From positions 248,001 to 312,000 of the forward strand of contig NW_024056010.1 of assembly GCF_902713615.1 (NCBI RefSeq): DNA of 64,000 nt. The letters are read 5' to 3'. A program made the translations under genes and the position numbers. Source of the DNA: Scyliorhinus canicula (Eukaryota). Numbering within the stretch: position 1 is the stretch's first letter; the number at the start of each line of letters is the position of its first letter. This document shows positions 1 through 10,547 of the stretch, in pieces. The notes beneath the pieces are model-generated. The model had not been told where the DNA came from, did no database searches, and saw only the letters and a list, made by a program, of their open reading frames with translations.

Positions 1-49
1 CCCCGCCCAATTCCTGGAATCATTTAACCTAATCTAAACATCCCTGACA

Positions 50-240
50 CTGAGGGTAATTTAACATGACCAATGCACCGAATCAGCAAATCGTTGGACT
101 GTGGATGGAAACTGGAGCACGCGGAGGAAACCCACGCAGACACGGAGAGAAAGTGTATGCTCCACAGTCACCCAAGGCCAGAATTGAAACTAGGCCCCTG
201 GCGCTGTGAGGCAGCAGTGCTAGGCACTGTGCCACCGTGC
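50..240 (-). mobile_element. Elasmobranch HE1-type tRNA-derived SINE, 5' part
   Basis: Reverse complement reads gcacggtggcacagtg..tagcactgctgcctcacagcgccagg..ttcaattc, the same head as the copies at 9198 and 61224. Confidence 0.7.
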
Positions 241-407
241 TGAAATTTAGCTTTCTGGCAAACGTTCATGTCTGCAGATAAAATATTCACCCAATCCACT
301 CAAGGACCTCCTCCTAAAATGAATTACTTCGAACGGGTCAGCATAGGGTTCCAAAGTCAAGCATGCGCCTGATTAAATCACGTGTTAACATTAACAAAGT
401 TATCCGT

Positions 408-417
408 AGTGATGTCA
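408..417 (+). promoter_or_regulatory. CRE-like TCR V promoter decamer AGTGATGTCA (V1)
   Basis: Exact decamer about 125 bp upstream of the leader ATG at 541; the same motif precedes the paralogues (3934-3943, 4647-4656). Confidence 0.7.
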
Positions 418-540
418 TATATTGCCTGCCCCCCTGCAGTGTGTGGGTGGAACAGTAACCTGAACAGAGCCGGGTTCCCTCTCTGCTTCTCAATCTCTGC
501 CTCATTCCATTCCCATTCCGTCAGAGGGATTCGGTCAGAA

Positions 541-982
541 ATGTCTCTGTTAATACTGGCGGCGCTCTTGCATAGTAAGTATTGGATTCTGGGCTGGATT
601 CTCCGGTTCCACAGCCACGTGTTTCTAACTCTCAGATTCTCGCAATGTTTGTTTAACTCTTCCTCTACTTTCATTCCTCTACTTTCGCAGGCGGACTATG
701 CGCCGATCCAGTAACTCAATCACCGGAGACAATATCTGCATCAGAAGGGGGTTCAGTGCAGTTAGATTGCGAATATACAGACCCGACTGTGTGCCACATG
801 CTATAATATCAGCAAAAACCGGCACAGCCGCCGAAATTGATCATCATGAACATATCGGCGATGAAGAAAGAGGATATCTTAAGGCGATATCTGGCGGCTG
901 CCAACAAGTCTAAAAAGAATAGTTATCTCAATATAAACGCGCTCAGTGTGGAGGACGGGGCGGTCTATTACTGTGCAATGAG
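541..982 (+). pseudogene. TCR alpha/delta-like V segment V1, stop at the conserved Trp
   Basis: Leader 541-574 (MSLLILAALLH, donor gtaagt), intron 575-690, V exon 691-982: DPVTQSPETISASEGGSVQLDCEY..ML*YQQKP..DGAVYYCAMS; TAA at 804-806 replaces Trp41. Confidence 0.9.
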
Positions 983-1021
983 CACAGTGTCACAAAGCAG
1001 CTACAACCATGTACAAAAATC
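983..1021 (+). other. 23-bp-spacer RSS of V1
   Basis: CACAGTG 983-989, 23-nt spacer, ACAAAAATC 1013-1021. Confidence 0.95.
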
Positions 1022-1518
1022 TCAGAGAGTATTTTCAATTCCACTAATTTTGCGTTCCTGCCCTTAAAAGCACAGAAAAGCACTCAAGTCTATTTATCCA
1101 CCAATTCCATTGCTGTCTCAATCCTTGTACAGCTCAATAAAGGAGCCGTTTGGGATTTGTGAGATTAATCTGCATGCCGCGATGCACAGTAAATTTACGC
1201 TTGGAATATCCACTTCTGAGCAGAAGTATTGTAAGCACTCAGATGTGGGGATGATAAAATCTTCCAAAGGATTAACTTAGGTGGATCTAAGGCCACTGAG
1301 TCTGAGCCCCCCTGTAGTCTTCAGCAGAACTTGGATTTTCCGATCAAAAATATATCAAATATATGTTGACACTTCCTGCTTTCTGTTATGGAGTCGCCCC
1401 GATAAGGGTTATGTTTCAGCGAGGCGGTGAACGAGTGGTGCTGTCCATGGTGAGTGCTGTAAAATTCAAGGGGCTCTGATGAGTCACTGACTCGGAAAGG
1501 TCCACGACCGCGGGACCA

Positions 1519-1800
1519 TGTGTTTGTCCGATCCTTCCAGATCTTTTCTGCACTGCCTCAGGGGACAGGTGTTCTCTTTCGATCGCTGGCAATCAGAAGA
1601 TTGTGCGTCACTGCTGAGGTGCACAGATATTGTGATCCTGTTCTGATAACAAGTACCGTGCCCCCGCTGTGGCATGGAGTTACCTCTACCATTGGAGCAT
1701 CCTTCATGGCGCTGTGTTGGGACAGCTCAACGATGCTGTGTCTCCCTCGATAAGAAACACCGACTCAGGAGATTGCGATACCTCTTCACGGACCCACGAA
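1519..1800 (-). pseudogene. Degenerate TCR V pseudogene, paralogue of the intact V at 5920-6431
   Basis: Minus strand EEVSQSPESVFLIEGDTASLSCPNTAP*RMLQW*R aligns with EEVSQSPESIVVTEGDVASLAC..LQWYR; multiple stops and frameshifts; RSS remnant GGCAGTG (1557-1551)-23-ACAAACACA (1527-1519). Confidence 0.75.
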
Positions 1801-3314
1801 CAAAACAAATTTGAGCAGGATTTGTTTATTCACTCCCCGAGCCTCCTCCATCGTTCAACAAGTTCGTGGCCGATGTGATCTTGACCTCAGATTCACATTT
1901 CGCCTACCCCGGATAAACTTTAAATTCATTTTTAATCGAGAATACAACCACGTCTGCCTCGAAATATTCAATGGACCCACCTCAGCGGTCTCTGCGGGAG
2001 AATTCCATAGATTCACGAAGCTCGCTCAGAAAAAAAGACAAAGATCTACATCTTGCAGGGTGATCATGGCTCGGCACAACATTGAGGGCCGAAGGGCCTG
2101 TTCTGTTCTGTACTGTTCTATGTTCTATGTTCCCGTCTTGCTCCGTTTTCACATATTCATTATAAATGGCGATGGTCTTTCTGATCGCCCTCTCGCACCC
2201 ACCTTGAGAGAAAAATATCACACACCACCCCCCCCCCCCCCAACCTACCCCTCCTCCTCTTGGTGTTGGTTTGTTTCTGGGATCGACTGTCTTTCTGCTA
2301 TAATGTGACTGCCGACACAGGCATACCTAGGGATATTTGTATTTGTGTACTGGTATTTCTCTATATATGGGTCATATTGAGATCACTTTTATCTTTGCTG
2401 CTACGCAGATTCTCTCCAATCAGACGAAACATGCACCGTGCAGGCCGCCCGGATACAGACTGTGGATCCTCAGGATCGATTGTATTGGTTTGTGGCGTCA
2501 ATATCCACTTCAACCTTCATTTCAGCGCCCCGATGTTCCGCTGGGTCTTGGTGGCTCCAGTCTGATACAAACGAACAGAAAACAATAACAATCTCAAAAT
2601 TCAGAATCAGCCTCATATTGACCAACGTAACGGTCACCCGCACCATGATCATTATTATGTAATTAACAATAATATCTGGTTACATAATCAGGGGAGAATG
2701 GGGGTTTTGCAGTAAAGGAAATACTGAGCAGCGAGATCATAAAGAAGAGAGCGAGAGGCGGTTCCCCGCGATAGTTCCTGAATCAATCGCTCTTCAGGTC
2801 AGGCAATTATCTGTCAGAGCAGCAATCCAGATTCAGGTCCCACTGCATTGCTGATCCAACCAATGACAGGAATCGAGCAGCAGCAGCAATGTCTAGAATA
2901 TCCCAATGGTGTTGGGGCGAGAGCACCAAACGGAAGCTGTGACCTGGGCACCGCAGACACAAAGCTGAAAAATGTGTGCGGCGGTTATCAGCTGCAGTCA
3001 CAAGTGATGGGGCGGAAATAGCGACAGTTGAGCATTCAGCAGCCCGTGACCATCCTGCACCTGCTCAACTCACTGAGAACAATATAGTGTCGGAGGGGTG
3101 GGGGCAGATTGAACTGACGCTACCTGCGCCTATTTGAAAGAACTTTTTCTATTTCCCTTTTCACCCTGCATTTAAATCCCGCGGGGTTTTCCGTTCTCAA
3201 GTTCTGACAATACATTATTAAATGTTCCATTGATTCTTCTTCTCTCATCAATTGTTACGTCAGACTCCAAATGATAACAACTCACAGTGCAATCAACATC
3301 ATTACCTTGCCTAA

Positions 3315-3386
3315 GGTGCGGTGGCCAAGAGGAAAGGCGTTGGTCTCGTAAACCACAAATCGCGGGTTCGAATCCCGCCCGTGCCT
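3315..3386 (+). tRNA. tRNA-Thr-CGT: tRNA-Thr(CGT)
   Basis: ggtgcggtggccaag..ttggt ct CGT aa accac..ggttcgaatccc..gtgcct matches the vertebrate Thr-CGT backbone; one mismatch at the base of the anticodon stem and no clear oligo-T terminator. Confidence 0.75.
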
Positions 3387-3933
3387 CGGTGCTGATCCAT
3401 TCAGACGTTTAATTCACTTGCAGCATGAAATCTCATTCATCTATCTTCTTTATAGGACATTTAACCTTCAGCTAATGAAAATAATTCCAGACAATCTGGT
3501 CTCTGGAAAAAGCGATGTTCAGCGCAGTTCCCCTTTTGTACCTTCGTCAGAACCAAAATAAAGAAAACTAGTCTGTTGAGCCCTGCTATTATTCTGAGTT
3601 CTAACCTCCGCATGTTCACCAAAGTCTTGGCATTCTTTCGACTTCGTCGCATCCATGGTGTGAACCGAGGACTCCAGGGATGATTTGCACAGATTAAGCA
3701 TCATTTTTTGATTAGAAACACCTATAGTGACAAAGATAGTGTATAAACAGTTGGAATTTAGATTTCTGTCTAGGTTTCCCGCCCTGATATGCATTGCAGT
3801 CAATACTGAATCCACTCAACAGCCGAATTCTAACACGGAGTAAACCGAATCCGGCAGCAGAGGGCGCCAAATTCAAGCACGGGCGTCAGAAACTCACCTG
3901 ATGGTGTCGGCCAAGCCGATAGGATGGGAGGCG

Positions 3934-3943
3934 AGTGATGTCA
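3934..3943 (+). promoter_or_regulatory. CRE-like decamer AGTGATGTCA (V2)
   Basis: Exact motif about 100 bp upstream of the leader ATG at 4040. Confidence 0.65.
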
Positions 3944-4039
3944 CAATAGACCCTCTCCCTGCACTGCACTAAGTTCCCTCTCTCCTACACAATCCCTGAC
4001 TCAGTCCAGTCCAGTTCACTGGGAGAGATTCAGTCAGAC

Positions 4040-4620
4040 ATGGTTGTGATAATACTGGCGGCGCTTTGGCACAGTAAGTAGTTATAGTGTTAATTAAACC
4101 AGATCAGCATATTAATACACTTAGGCTAGAGTATAATTAACGATCGGGAATGTCTATGAAGTGCCTGCATCAGAGGTCCCAAAAAATGCCGCAGATACAA
4201 GCAAATTTGTATCAACTGCTGCCTCATTGCACTGAGGACATGGGTTCGATCCCTGTCCCAGATCATTGTCCTTGTGGTGTTTGAACATTATCACTCCCGT
4301 AACCTAGATGTGCAGGCTAAGTGGAGTGGCCACCCTTAATTGAAAAAAAACTCTAAATTTATAGAGGAACAACAATCTGTTCATTTCATTCCTTCACTTT
4401 CGCAGGCGGACTATGTGCAATCCAGTAGCTCAGTCAGCAGTGACAATAACAGTGTCAGAAGGGGGTTCGGTGAAGTTAAATTGCCAATATAAAGGCCCCA
4501 ACATATACAAAATGCAATGATATCAGGAGAAACCGGCACAGCCACCGAGATGGATTATCACCAACACCTTAGTAATGAAGAAAGATGTGGGTTCAGGACA
4601 GTTGCTGACAAATCTAAACA
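4040..4620 (+). pseudogene. TCR V pseudogene V2 (V1 family), frameshifted and 3'-truncated
   Basis: Leader 4040-4073 MVVIILAALWH + gtaagt; acceptor at 4405; 1-nt deletion near 4420; TGA at 4518-4520 (Trp41); homology ends about 4620 with no Cys104 and no RSS; SINE relic in the intron. Confidence 0.85.
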
Positions 4621-4646
4621 TGAGACCAAAATCCAGACGTATACTC

Positions 4647-4656
4647 AGTGATGTCA
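4647..4656 (+). promoter_or_regulatory. CRE-like decamer AGTGATGTCA (V3)
   Basis: Exact motif about 125 bp upstream of the leader ATG at 4779. Confidence 0.65.
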
Positions 4657-4778
4657 CAGTGGGCCTGGCTCCCTTGCTGTGTCTGGGTGGGACATTGAGT
4701 TGAACAGAGCCCGGGTTCCCTCTCTCCTCTCAATCCCTGACTCATCCCATGCCCATTCACTGAGAGATCCAGTCAGAC

Positions 4779-5194
4779 ATGTTTCTAATACTAGTGGTGG
4801 GGCTCTTGCACGTTAAGTACTGGATTGTGCTCATCAAGACAGTTTAACAGATTGATGGGAATTTACACAGACTCATACAGTTAGATAGAGGTTAATATCT
4901 CAATCCTGTTTAACCTCCTGCTCTTTAGATCCTCTACTTTCACAGGCGAACTACTTGCAGATCCAGTTTCCGGTGACAGTAGCTGTGTTTGAAGGGTTGG
5001 ATTGCGAATATACAACCCAGGTAATAAGAAACATCCACTGATATGGACAGAAACGGGCACAGTGTCCAAACTGAATTATTAATGATGTAGTAAGACTGTA
5101 AAAACTATAAAAAGATGGAATCTGAAGACAATGTCTACCTGTTGCTCATAATTTCAGCGGTCTAAGTGTGGTGTATTTTTCCTGTGCAGTGAAA
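4779..5194 (+). pseudogene. TCR V pseudogene V3 (V1 family), heavily frameshifted
   Basis: Leader MFLILVVGLLH with damaged donor (g ttaagt); acceptor at 4945; DPV..LDCEYT remnants; TGA at 5039-5041 aligns to Trp41; ends ..ttcctgtgcagtgaaa. Confidence 0.8.
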
Positions 5195-5233
5195 CACAGA
5201 ATCAGATAAAAACCAAGAACCCGCACAAAAATC
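5195..5233 (+). other. Degenerate 23-RSS of V3
   Basis: CACAGAA 5195-5201, 23 nt, ACAAAAATC 5225-5233. Confidence 0.8.
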
Positions 5234-5880
5234 CTCTGCGAGTATTTGTGTCGTCTTCTTTAGCGCCTTGATCAGCCGGGTTAATTCCATCCCAGGCCCA
5301 CGGAGAACAAACATTGTCAGGTTTGTTTATCAAATATTTCCACTGTTGTCCTTGTTCAAATCAACCGATCTGAGAAGTCTTGTGACGTAGCTCAATGTCT
5401 CAGCCGATACCTCATCGGTAAATATCTCGCAGTTATTCCGTAATATTGACTTGCCGACCTAGACAGAGAAAGCTCTTGCACATGGAGTGATTATAACTGA
5501 ACTGTCTTTCTAGAGCCTTCAATTCGGACGGATCCTGGGAGACTGATTGTGCATCACTCATCCCTGTAACAAAACTGGAATGTGTCTCAGTCTGGAATTT
5601 GATTTAAAACAAGAAATAGACAACGGCCTCTGAATATTGGCTCGCCGAACGGCACAATGATTATTATCTAGAAGCACCATGGAACCCGTGTTCTCTTGTT
5701 GTGACTTCTAAATAAATAAAATGAATTTAAATGGATTATGGCCCTTCTTTTCTGATATGAAAGAGCAAACCCAAATCATGAACAGACCTCACTCATTGCG
5801 GCATATCCACGGAACAGTGTTACTAACATCCTTGCTCTCGGGTAACTGCACAGGCTACACACTTTCAGAATGACTCGGCA

Positions 5881-5919
5881 GGTTTTTGTACGGCGCTGAA
5901 TGGTTTTTAGTTCACTGTG
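5881..5919 (-). other. Consensus 23-RSS of V4
   Basis: Minus strand CACAGTG (5919-5913), 23 nt, ACAAAAACC (5889-5881); both elements match consensus. Confidence 0.95.
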
Positions 5920-6431
5920 CCTCCACTGCACAGAAATAGGTGGCGGTGTCTGTCACTCGAACGTCACTAACATTCAGAGAGCTGTGTTTGTCTGCTGAAA
6001 TGAACCGGGCTGTGATCCTGCCCTGATCGCTTGTACCGCTCGCCAGGTGCTGCATGGTTCCATCCGGGTATTGCCTGTACCATTGTAGGATCATTCCTGC
6101 TACTGTGGTGGAACAGGCCAAGGATGCAACATCTCCCTCGGTAACAACGATTGACTCTGGAGACTGTGATACTTCTTCACTGCCAGCAGCATCTGAGATG
6201 TAAAATAACATGATAAATTTAATATCACACATACCGCGAGAATATAATATAGCACAATCAAATACAACATGACATAGCAAGATATACAATAGTGGAAACT
6301 GTATGTTACGATTAGTACAGCATGACAGATCTGATGTGTGAAATATTCCGCCAGATACAGTGATCACACTCACACGGAGAGAAGAGTAAGAAATTCAGGG
6401 AGATAATCACTAAAGTGAAGCTCAGCTTCAT
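5920..6431 (-). CDS. Intact TCR alpha/delta-like V segment V4 (leader exon 6431-6374, V exon 6192-5920)
   Basis: Leader MKLSFTLVIISLNFLLFSP + GTGAGT donor; acceptor ..catctcag; open exon YAAGSEEVSQSPESIVVTEGDVASLAC..LQWYRQ..DTATYFCAVE with Cys23, Trp41 and Cys104. Confidence 0.92.
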
Positions 6432-6672
6432 GTTGGATCCTGTCGATCTGTGTTCTGGAGCTCTCGGTAGTTTTCAGGACTAGAGACAATCTGCGAAGGC
6501 AGCGCTGTTGTATATCAGACTGAGTCTAACACCAACTGCACCGTGCCCGCCCGAGCCGGGTCTCTGGGGCTTGTGATCGCAAAGTGAAGCTGTGAGGGAG
6601 ATTCAGCATTGGTGGGGTGTGTGTCGGAGTATGCGCATGCGGCTGAGCACCGCCTATGACTGAGGACACGTG

Positions 6673-6724
6673 TGACGTCACCCTGCAGATTTAGTGACGT
6701 AAGTCTGTAAACTGAGTGACGTCA
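6673..6724. promoter_or_regulatory. Cluster of three CRE/ATF sites upstream of V4
   Basis: TGACGTCA 6673-6680, TGACGTAA 6695-6702, AGTGACGTCA 6715-6724; about 240-290 bp upstream of the V4 ATG. Confidence 0.65.
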
Positions 6725-7835
6725 ATGGGACTGGTTGAAGGGGCAGAAACATCTTTGCCGGAGCTGGTCTGAACATCCAGCCCTGAGTTTCAGAGAATTA
6801 ACAGCTGATCAGAAACAGCAAGGCCGGGTTATCTGGAGACTGGTTTGATGATGGATCTGGCTGTCGGATTGGATTCGGCAGTGTATTTTTACTACCATTG
6901 TTGGAAACAGGTGGCTGACAGTTTGATTCGAGGTTAAGGTGGCTTCCTCCCGGTGTGGAGTTGAGCGACTGATATCGCCATTGGTCGATGTGGCTGAATC
7001 TGCTCGAGTGTCTGTCGAAACGTCAACAGACTGGAGCTCGAAGACACAGTGCAAAGTAAGGGAGTGGGATTCTTGTTCATGGTATATTCAGTCTGTGAGT
7101 CCTACTTCTGATCAACTCTTCTGAGCCACTTTCTCCACCCAGAGATAGATAGAGTTTAGCTGTCTGAGCGGTGCTGTTGCTGTTTTGTTATTTTAGCCTC
7201 ACTGCTCGTCTGCTGACATGAGTAACGCAGCAGAGGTGAAATCCTGGAACTCCCTCCCTAACACCACATGGACTGCAGCGGTTCAAGAAGGCAGCATGAA
7301 AGGTTAAACAAAAAACAGAAACTTCTTCTGTCTTAACCTCTGAGGACAGTAGCCGAGAAACAGAATTTTCCGTCACTCAGATCAGAAATACATGTTCAAA
7401 CATGAAATAATCATATGTTTACAATTCCGATTGAAACCATGATTTCAAATGCGATGAAATGTGCTTGTTCCACAATTACCTCCCGAAAAGCCCGCCCGCA
7501 CTAGCCTCATACAATCCAGACACTGGGTGACCGCTGTCGATCTGTAAAATTTGAAATTCGAAGCAACAGCTTCTATCCGGACCATTCAGAATCGGCTGTC
7601 TTTCGCAGGGTTTTCTTACTTCACTTTCTTGCGTCTCCAAAGGTGGTTTAACACCTGTAGGTGGGGAACTGTCTGTCAGTGAATGGGAACAATCAGAGCT
7701 GGGATACAGTCAGTGCCTTCGAAGAAGAATCGCTACATAGATCCAGACGGGAGTAGGAATTGGTTTGCTGGTCTGGTTATTGTAGGACGGAAACACAGTT
7801 GTGTCAGAAAACATTAAACAGACTGGAAAGGAGAA

Positions 7836-8100
7836 TGAAATGAAATCAAAATGAAAATCGCTTATTGTCACGAGTAGGCTTCAAATGAAGTTACTGTGAA
7901 AAGCCCCTAGTCGCCACATTCCGCCGCCTGTTCGGGGAGGAATGTGGCGACTAGGGGACTCTTGTCCTTGGGGTTTGTTATAAACTGTGCAATCACTGTT
8001 TTGTGAGGGCAACGAAGAATCCAGCACGAGTTGAAATGAAATGAAAATCGCTTATTGTCACGAGTAGGCTTCAATGAAGTCACTGTGAAAAGCCCCTTTT
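7836..8100 (-). mobile_element. Two tandem SINE 3'-tail fragments
   Basis: atgaaaatcgcttattgtcacgagtaggcttca..gtgaaaagcccc occurs twice; reverse complement of the SINE tails at about 33900 and 42300. Confidence 0.7.
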
Positions 8101-8497
8101 GCAGGATACAAAGAAATAACAATTATTTACAATAATATATATATACAACAGCAGCAGCATCTTCTCTTGCTGCTCACTCCTCTCTCTTCCTGGTTCCAAG
8201 CTGGCCAGCCCTATTTATGCAGGGAGTCTGAGACCCCTCCGAGGCATTCTGTGTCTCCATCTCGGAGTCAGAGTCTGCTGCCTCCATTATCTCGGCGTCT
8301 TTATCTCCACGCGGTTCTAGTCTGCAGGCTTTGAGTGAGGCACCAGAGGAAGATTATGAGGCATACTTTCCATTGTGTCTGGTCTCTGCGGCTGTAGAAA
8401 TGAGCTGCTGGGGCGGGGAATCTTTGGCAGGAATGGTCTTCTGGACCGAACATGGTCTACATGTTTGCGCTGGAGACGCCCCTGGGCTTGTACCTGG

Positions 8498-9096
8498 TGT
8501 TGCTCGTTCTGGGTGAGTGTGCTTAACACTCAATTTGGCTCTGTTTCATTACTTAGTTCTGGAGTCGTCAGGTATCGTTAAGATACCGCCACAAGTTTCA
8601 AGGTGAAGTTCAAAGCAATAAAACCATACACCAATTAGTAAGTTCAAACAACTGAGTTTATTATAATACAATTATAATACTACCCATGCACACGCTAAGA
8701 TGATTAAACTATTCCTACCACGAAATAAACCAATGCTTATCTGGAAGGGAACTGCCGGATCAGGGGACAAGGCCTCTTGCTCTGCTCTAGTCTGCAGGCT
8801 TCAGGTTGGTACGGATTAAAAGGGGTCAGGAGTGTCTAGTTCCCCATACACTGTTGCAATGACTTCCCCATTTGTGTCCATTGTCCCTGGGATCGTTCCA
8901 TTGCTATGTTAACTATCCCGGAGATTGCCTCATTAGTATGTGGAATGTTCGTTTCGGTGCTGTCTGCTCTCTCAGCAGACAGAATACACATTGGCTTGCT
9001 GCAGCCTGCTTGTGCTGCAAACATTGTCCATTTTAACCTGCAAGCTTTGCGTTCCCCCATTTTGTATTGAGGGAATGGCCAACTTCGGTGGCTACA
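8498..9096. mobile_element. Solo LTR (Gypsy-like) with 4-bp TSD
   Basis: Begins TGTTGC, ends GCTACA, flanked on both sides by CTGG (8494-8497, 9097-9100); non-coding, 599 bp. Confidence 0.7.
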
Positions 9097-9197
9097 CTGG
9101 TAAGAGGTCGGGCCCGTTTGGGGAAAGATTACGCCAGTGACCCACTGGGCACCACCAGCACGAGTTTTCAGGATACAAAGAAATAAGATCGTACACG

Positions 9198-9560
9198 GAG
9201 CAGCAGGGTAGCATTGTGGTTAGCACAATTGCTTCAAAGTTCCAGGCTCCCGAGTTCGATTCGCGCTTGGGCCACTGTCTGTGCAGAGTCTGCATATTCT
9301 CCCCCGTGTGTGCCTGGGTTTCCTCCGGGTGCTCCGGCTTCCTCCCACAGTCCAAAGATGTGCAGGTTAGGTGGCCAGGTTTGGCCATGCTAAATTTCCC
9401 CTAGTGTCCAAAATTTCCCTTAGTGTTGGGTGGGGTTACTGGGTTGTGGGGACAGGGTGGAGGTGTGGACCTTGGGTAGGTTGCTCTTTCCAAGAGCCAG
9501 TGCAAACTCGATGGGCTGAATGGCCTCCTTCTGAACTGTAACTTCTATGAAATCTATGAA
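9198..9560 (+). mobile_element. Near full-length HE1-type SINE
   Basis: tRNA-like head, central gggtttcctccgggtgctccgg block, CR1-like tail ending (tctatgaaa)n. Confidence 0.8.
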
Positions 9561-9915
9561 AATAATCCCGTCATATAAACTCTGTGTCCCGGCTTTGATC
9601 AAAGGGATCTAGAAGAGCGGAACGGAGATGGAGAAACGTTCACACAATAATTCAGACAGCAATGTAAGGATCATAAAAAGACTAAATGTGAGTTAACGAA
9701 CCGGAAATTAAGTTGTGAAATTCATTTTAGTAGAAATGCAAGTTATAAACTAACGAATATAATTATTCAGTTTCTGCTCGCTTATTCTCAGTGAGTGCTG
9801 TGTTTGTTTTTGATGGTTTGGTAATGACACTGTGACCACCACAAGCTGCGTAATTGTGTCTGTCTATCAATGTGAGAGCGCCCTCTGCCGAGAAATGGCT
9901 GGGACTCCCAGAGTG

Positions 9916-9955
9916 AGTGTTTGTACCGGATCCGCTGTATCTCTGCAGCAGTGTG
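9916..9955 (-). other. RSS-like signal of V5 (24-nt spacer)
   Basis: CACACTG (9955-9949), 24 nt, ACAAACACT (9924-9916). Confidence 0.7.
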
Positions 9956-10160
9956 GGCTCCATGGCGCAGAAATACACGGCACTGTCGGAGAGATCAGCT
10001 CCGGCGATATTTAAAGGTACCGTTTGGTTTTCTTTGTGCAAAGCTGCCGAGAACCTGGCTGGGAAATCTGGAGACTTATCCGAACTGCCCTGACTATAGA
10101 TTCTCATTACATTCCTCGGAGAATTCCCGGGATACTGAATGTACCAGAAAAGAGAAAGAG
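9956..10160 (-). pseudogene. 5'-truncated TCR delta/alpha-like V segment V5
   Basis: LFWYIQYPGNSPRNVMRIYSQG..PARFSAALHKENQTVPLNIAGADLSDSAVYFCAME; FR1, Cys23 and leader are replaced by repeat block B. Confidence 0.85.
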
Positions 10161-10547
10161 GAAAATACTGGAACAACTCAGGGAGTCAGGCAGCATTTGA
10201 GGCCAACAAAGCTCGTCTTTGACCATCACCTTTCATTCAAAACCGGGACAGGTTAGAAATGTAGGACGCCTTGACCAAGTGAACTCCCGGAAGGAAGAAA
10301 CAGAACAACAGGAAAGGACTCTGATAGGGGGCATGTCAGGAGAGATTAAATGAGAAAATACCTTGGATTCCCTGGCCACCTGATGAGGTCAGCATCAAAT
10401 CAGAGAATGATTACTACACAGTATGAGGCCATTCGGGCCGCCGAGTCTGTGCCAGCTCCCTGTTAGCGCAGGAGAAGAAATAAAGAAACAAAAGATATGT
10501 GTGGAAGAGCTATCGATGGCAGATTGATCAACAACTACCGCCCGGAC

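Noticed and set aside
6193-6373. N-terminal 60 aa of the ORF-track call 5912-6373
   Set aside because: This is the leader intron of V4; the true start is at 6431
6850-7060. V-like scraps (DSAVYF; NRLELEDTV) and CACAGTG at 7045-7051
   Set aside because: Motifs are in the wrong order or frame, and there is no nonamer at 12 or 23 nt
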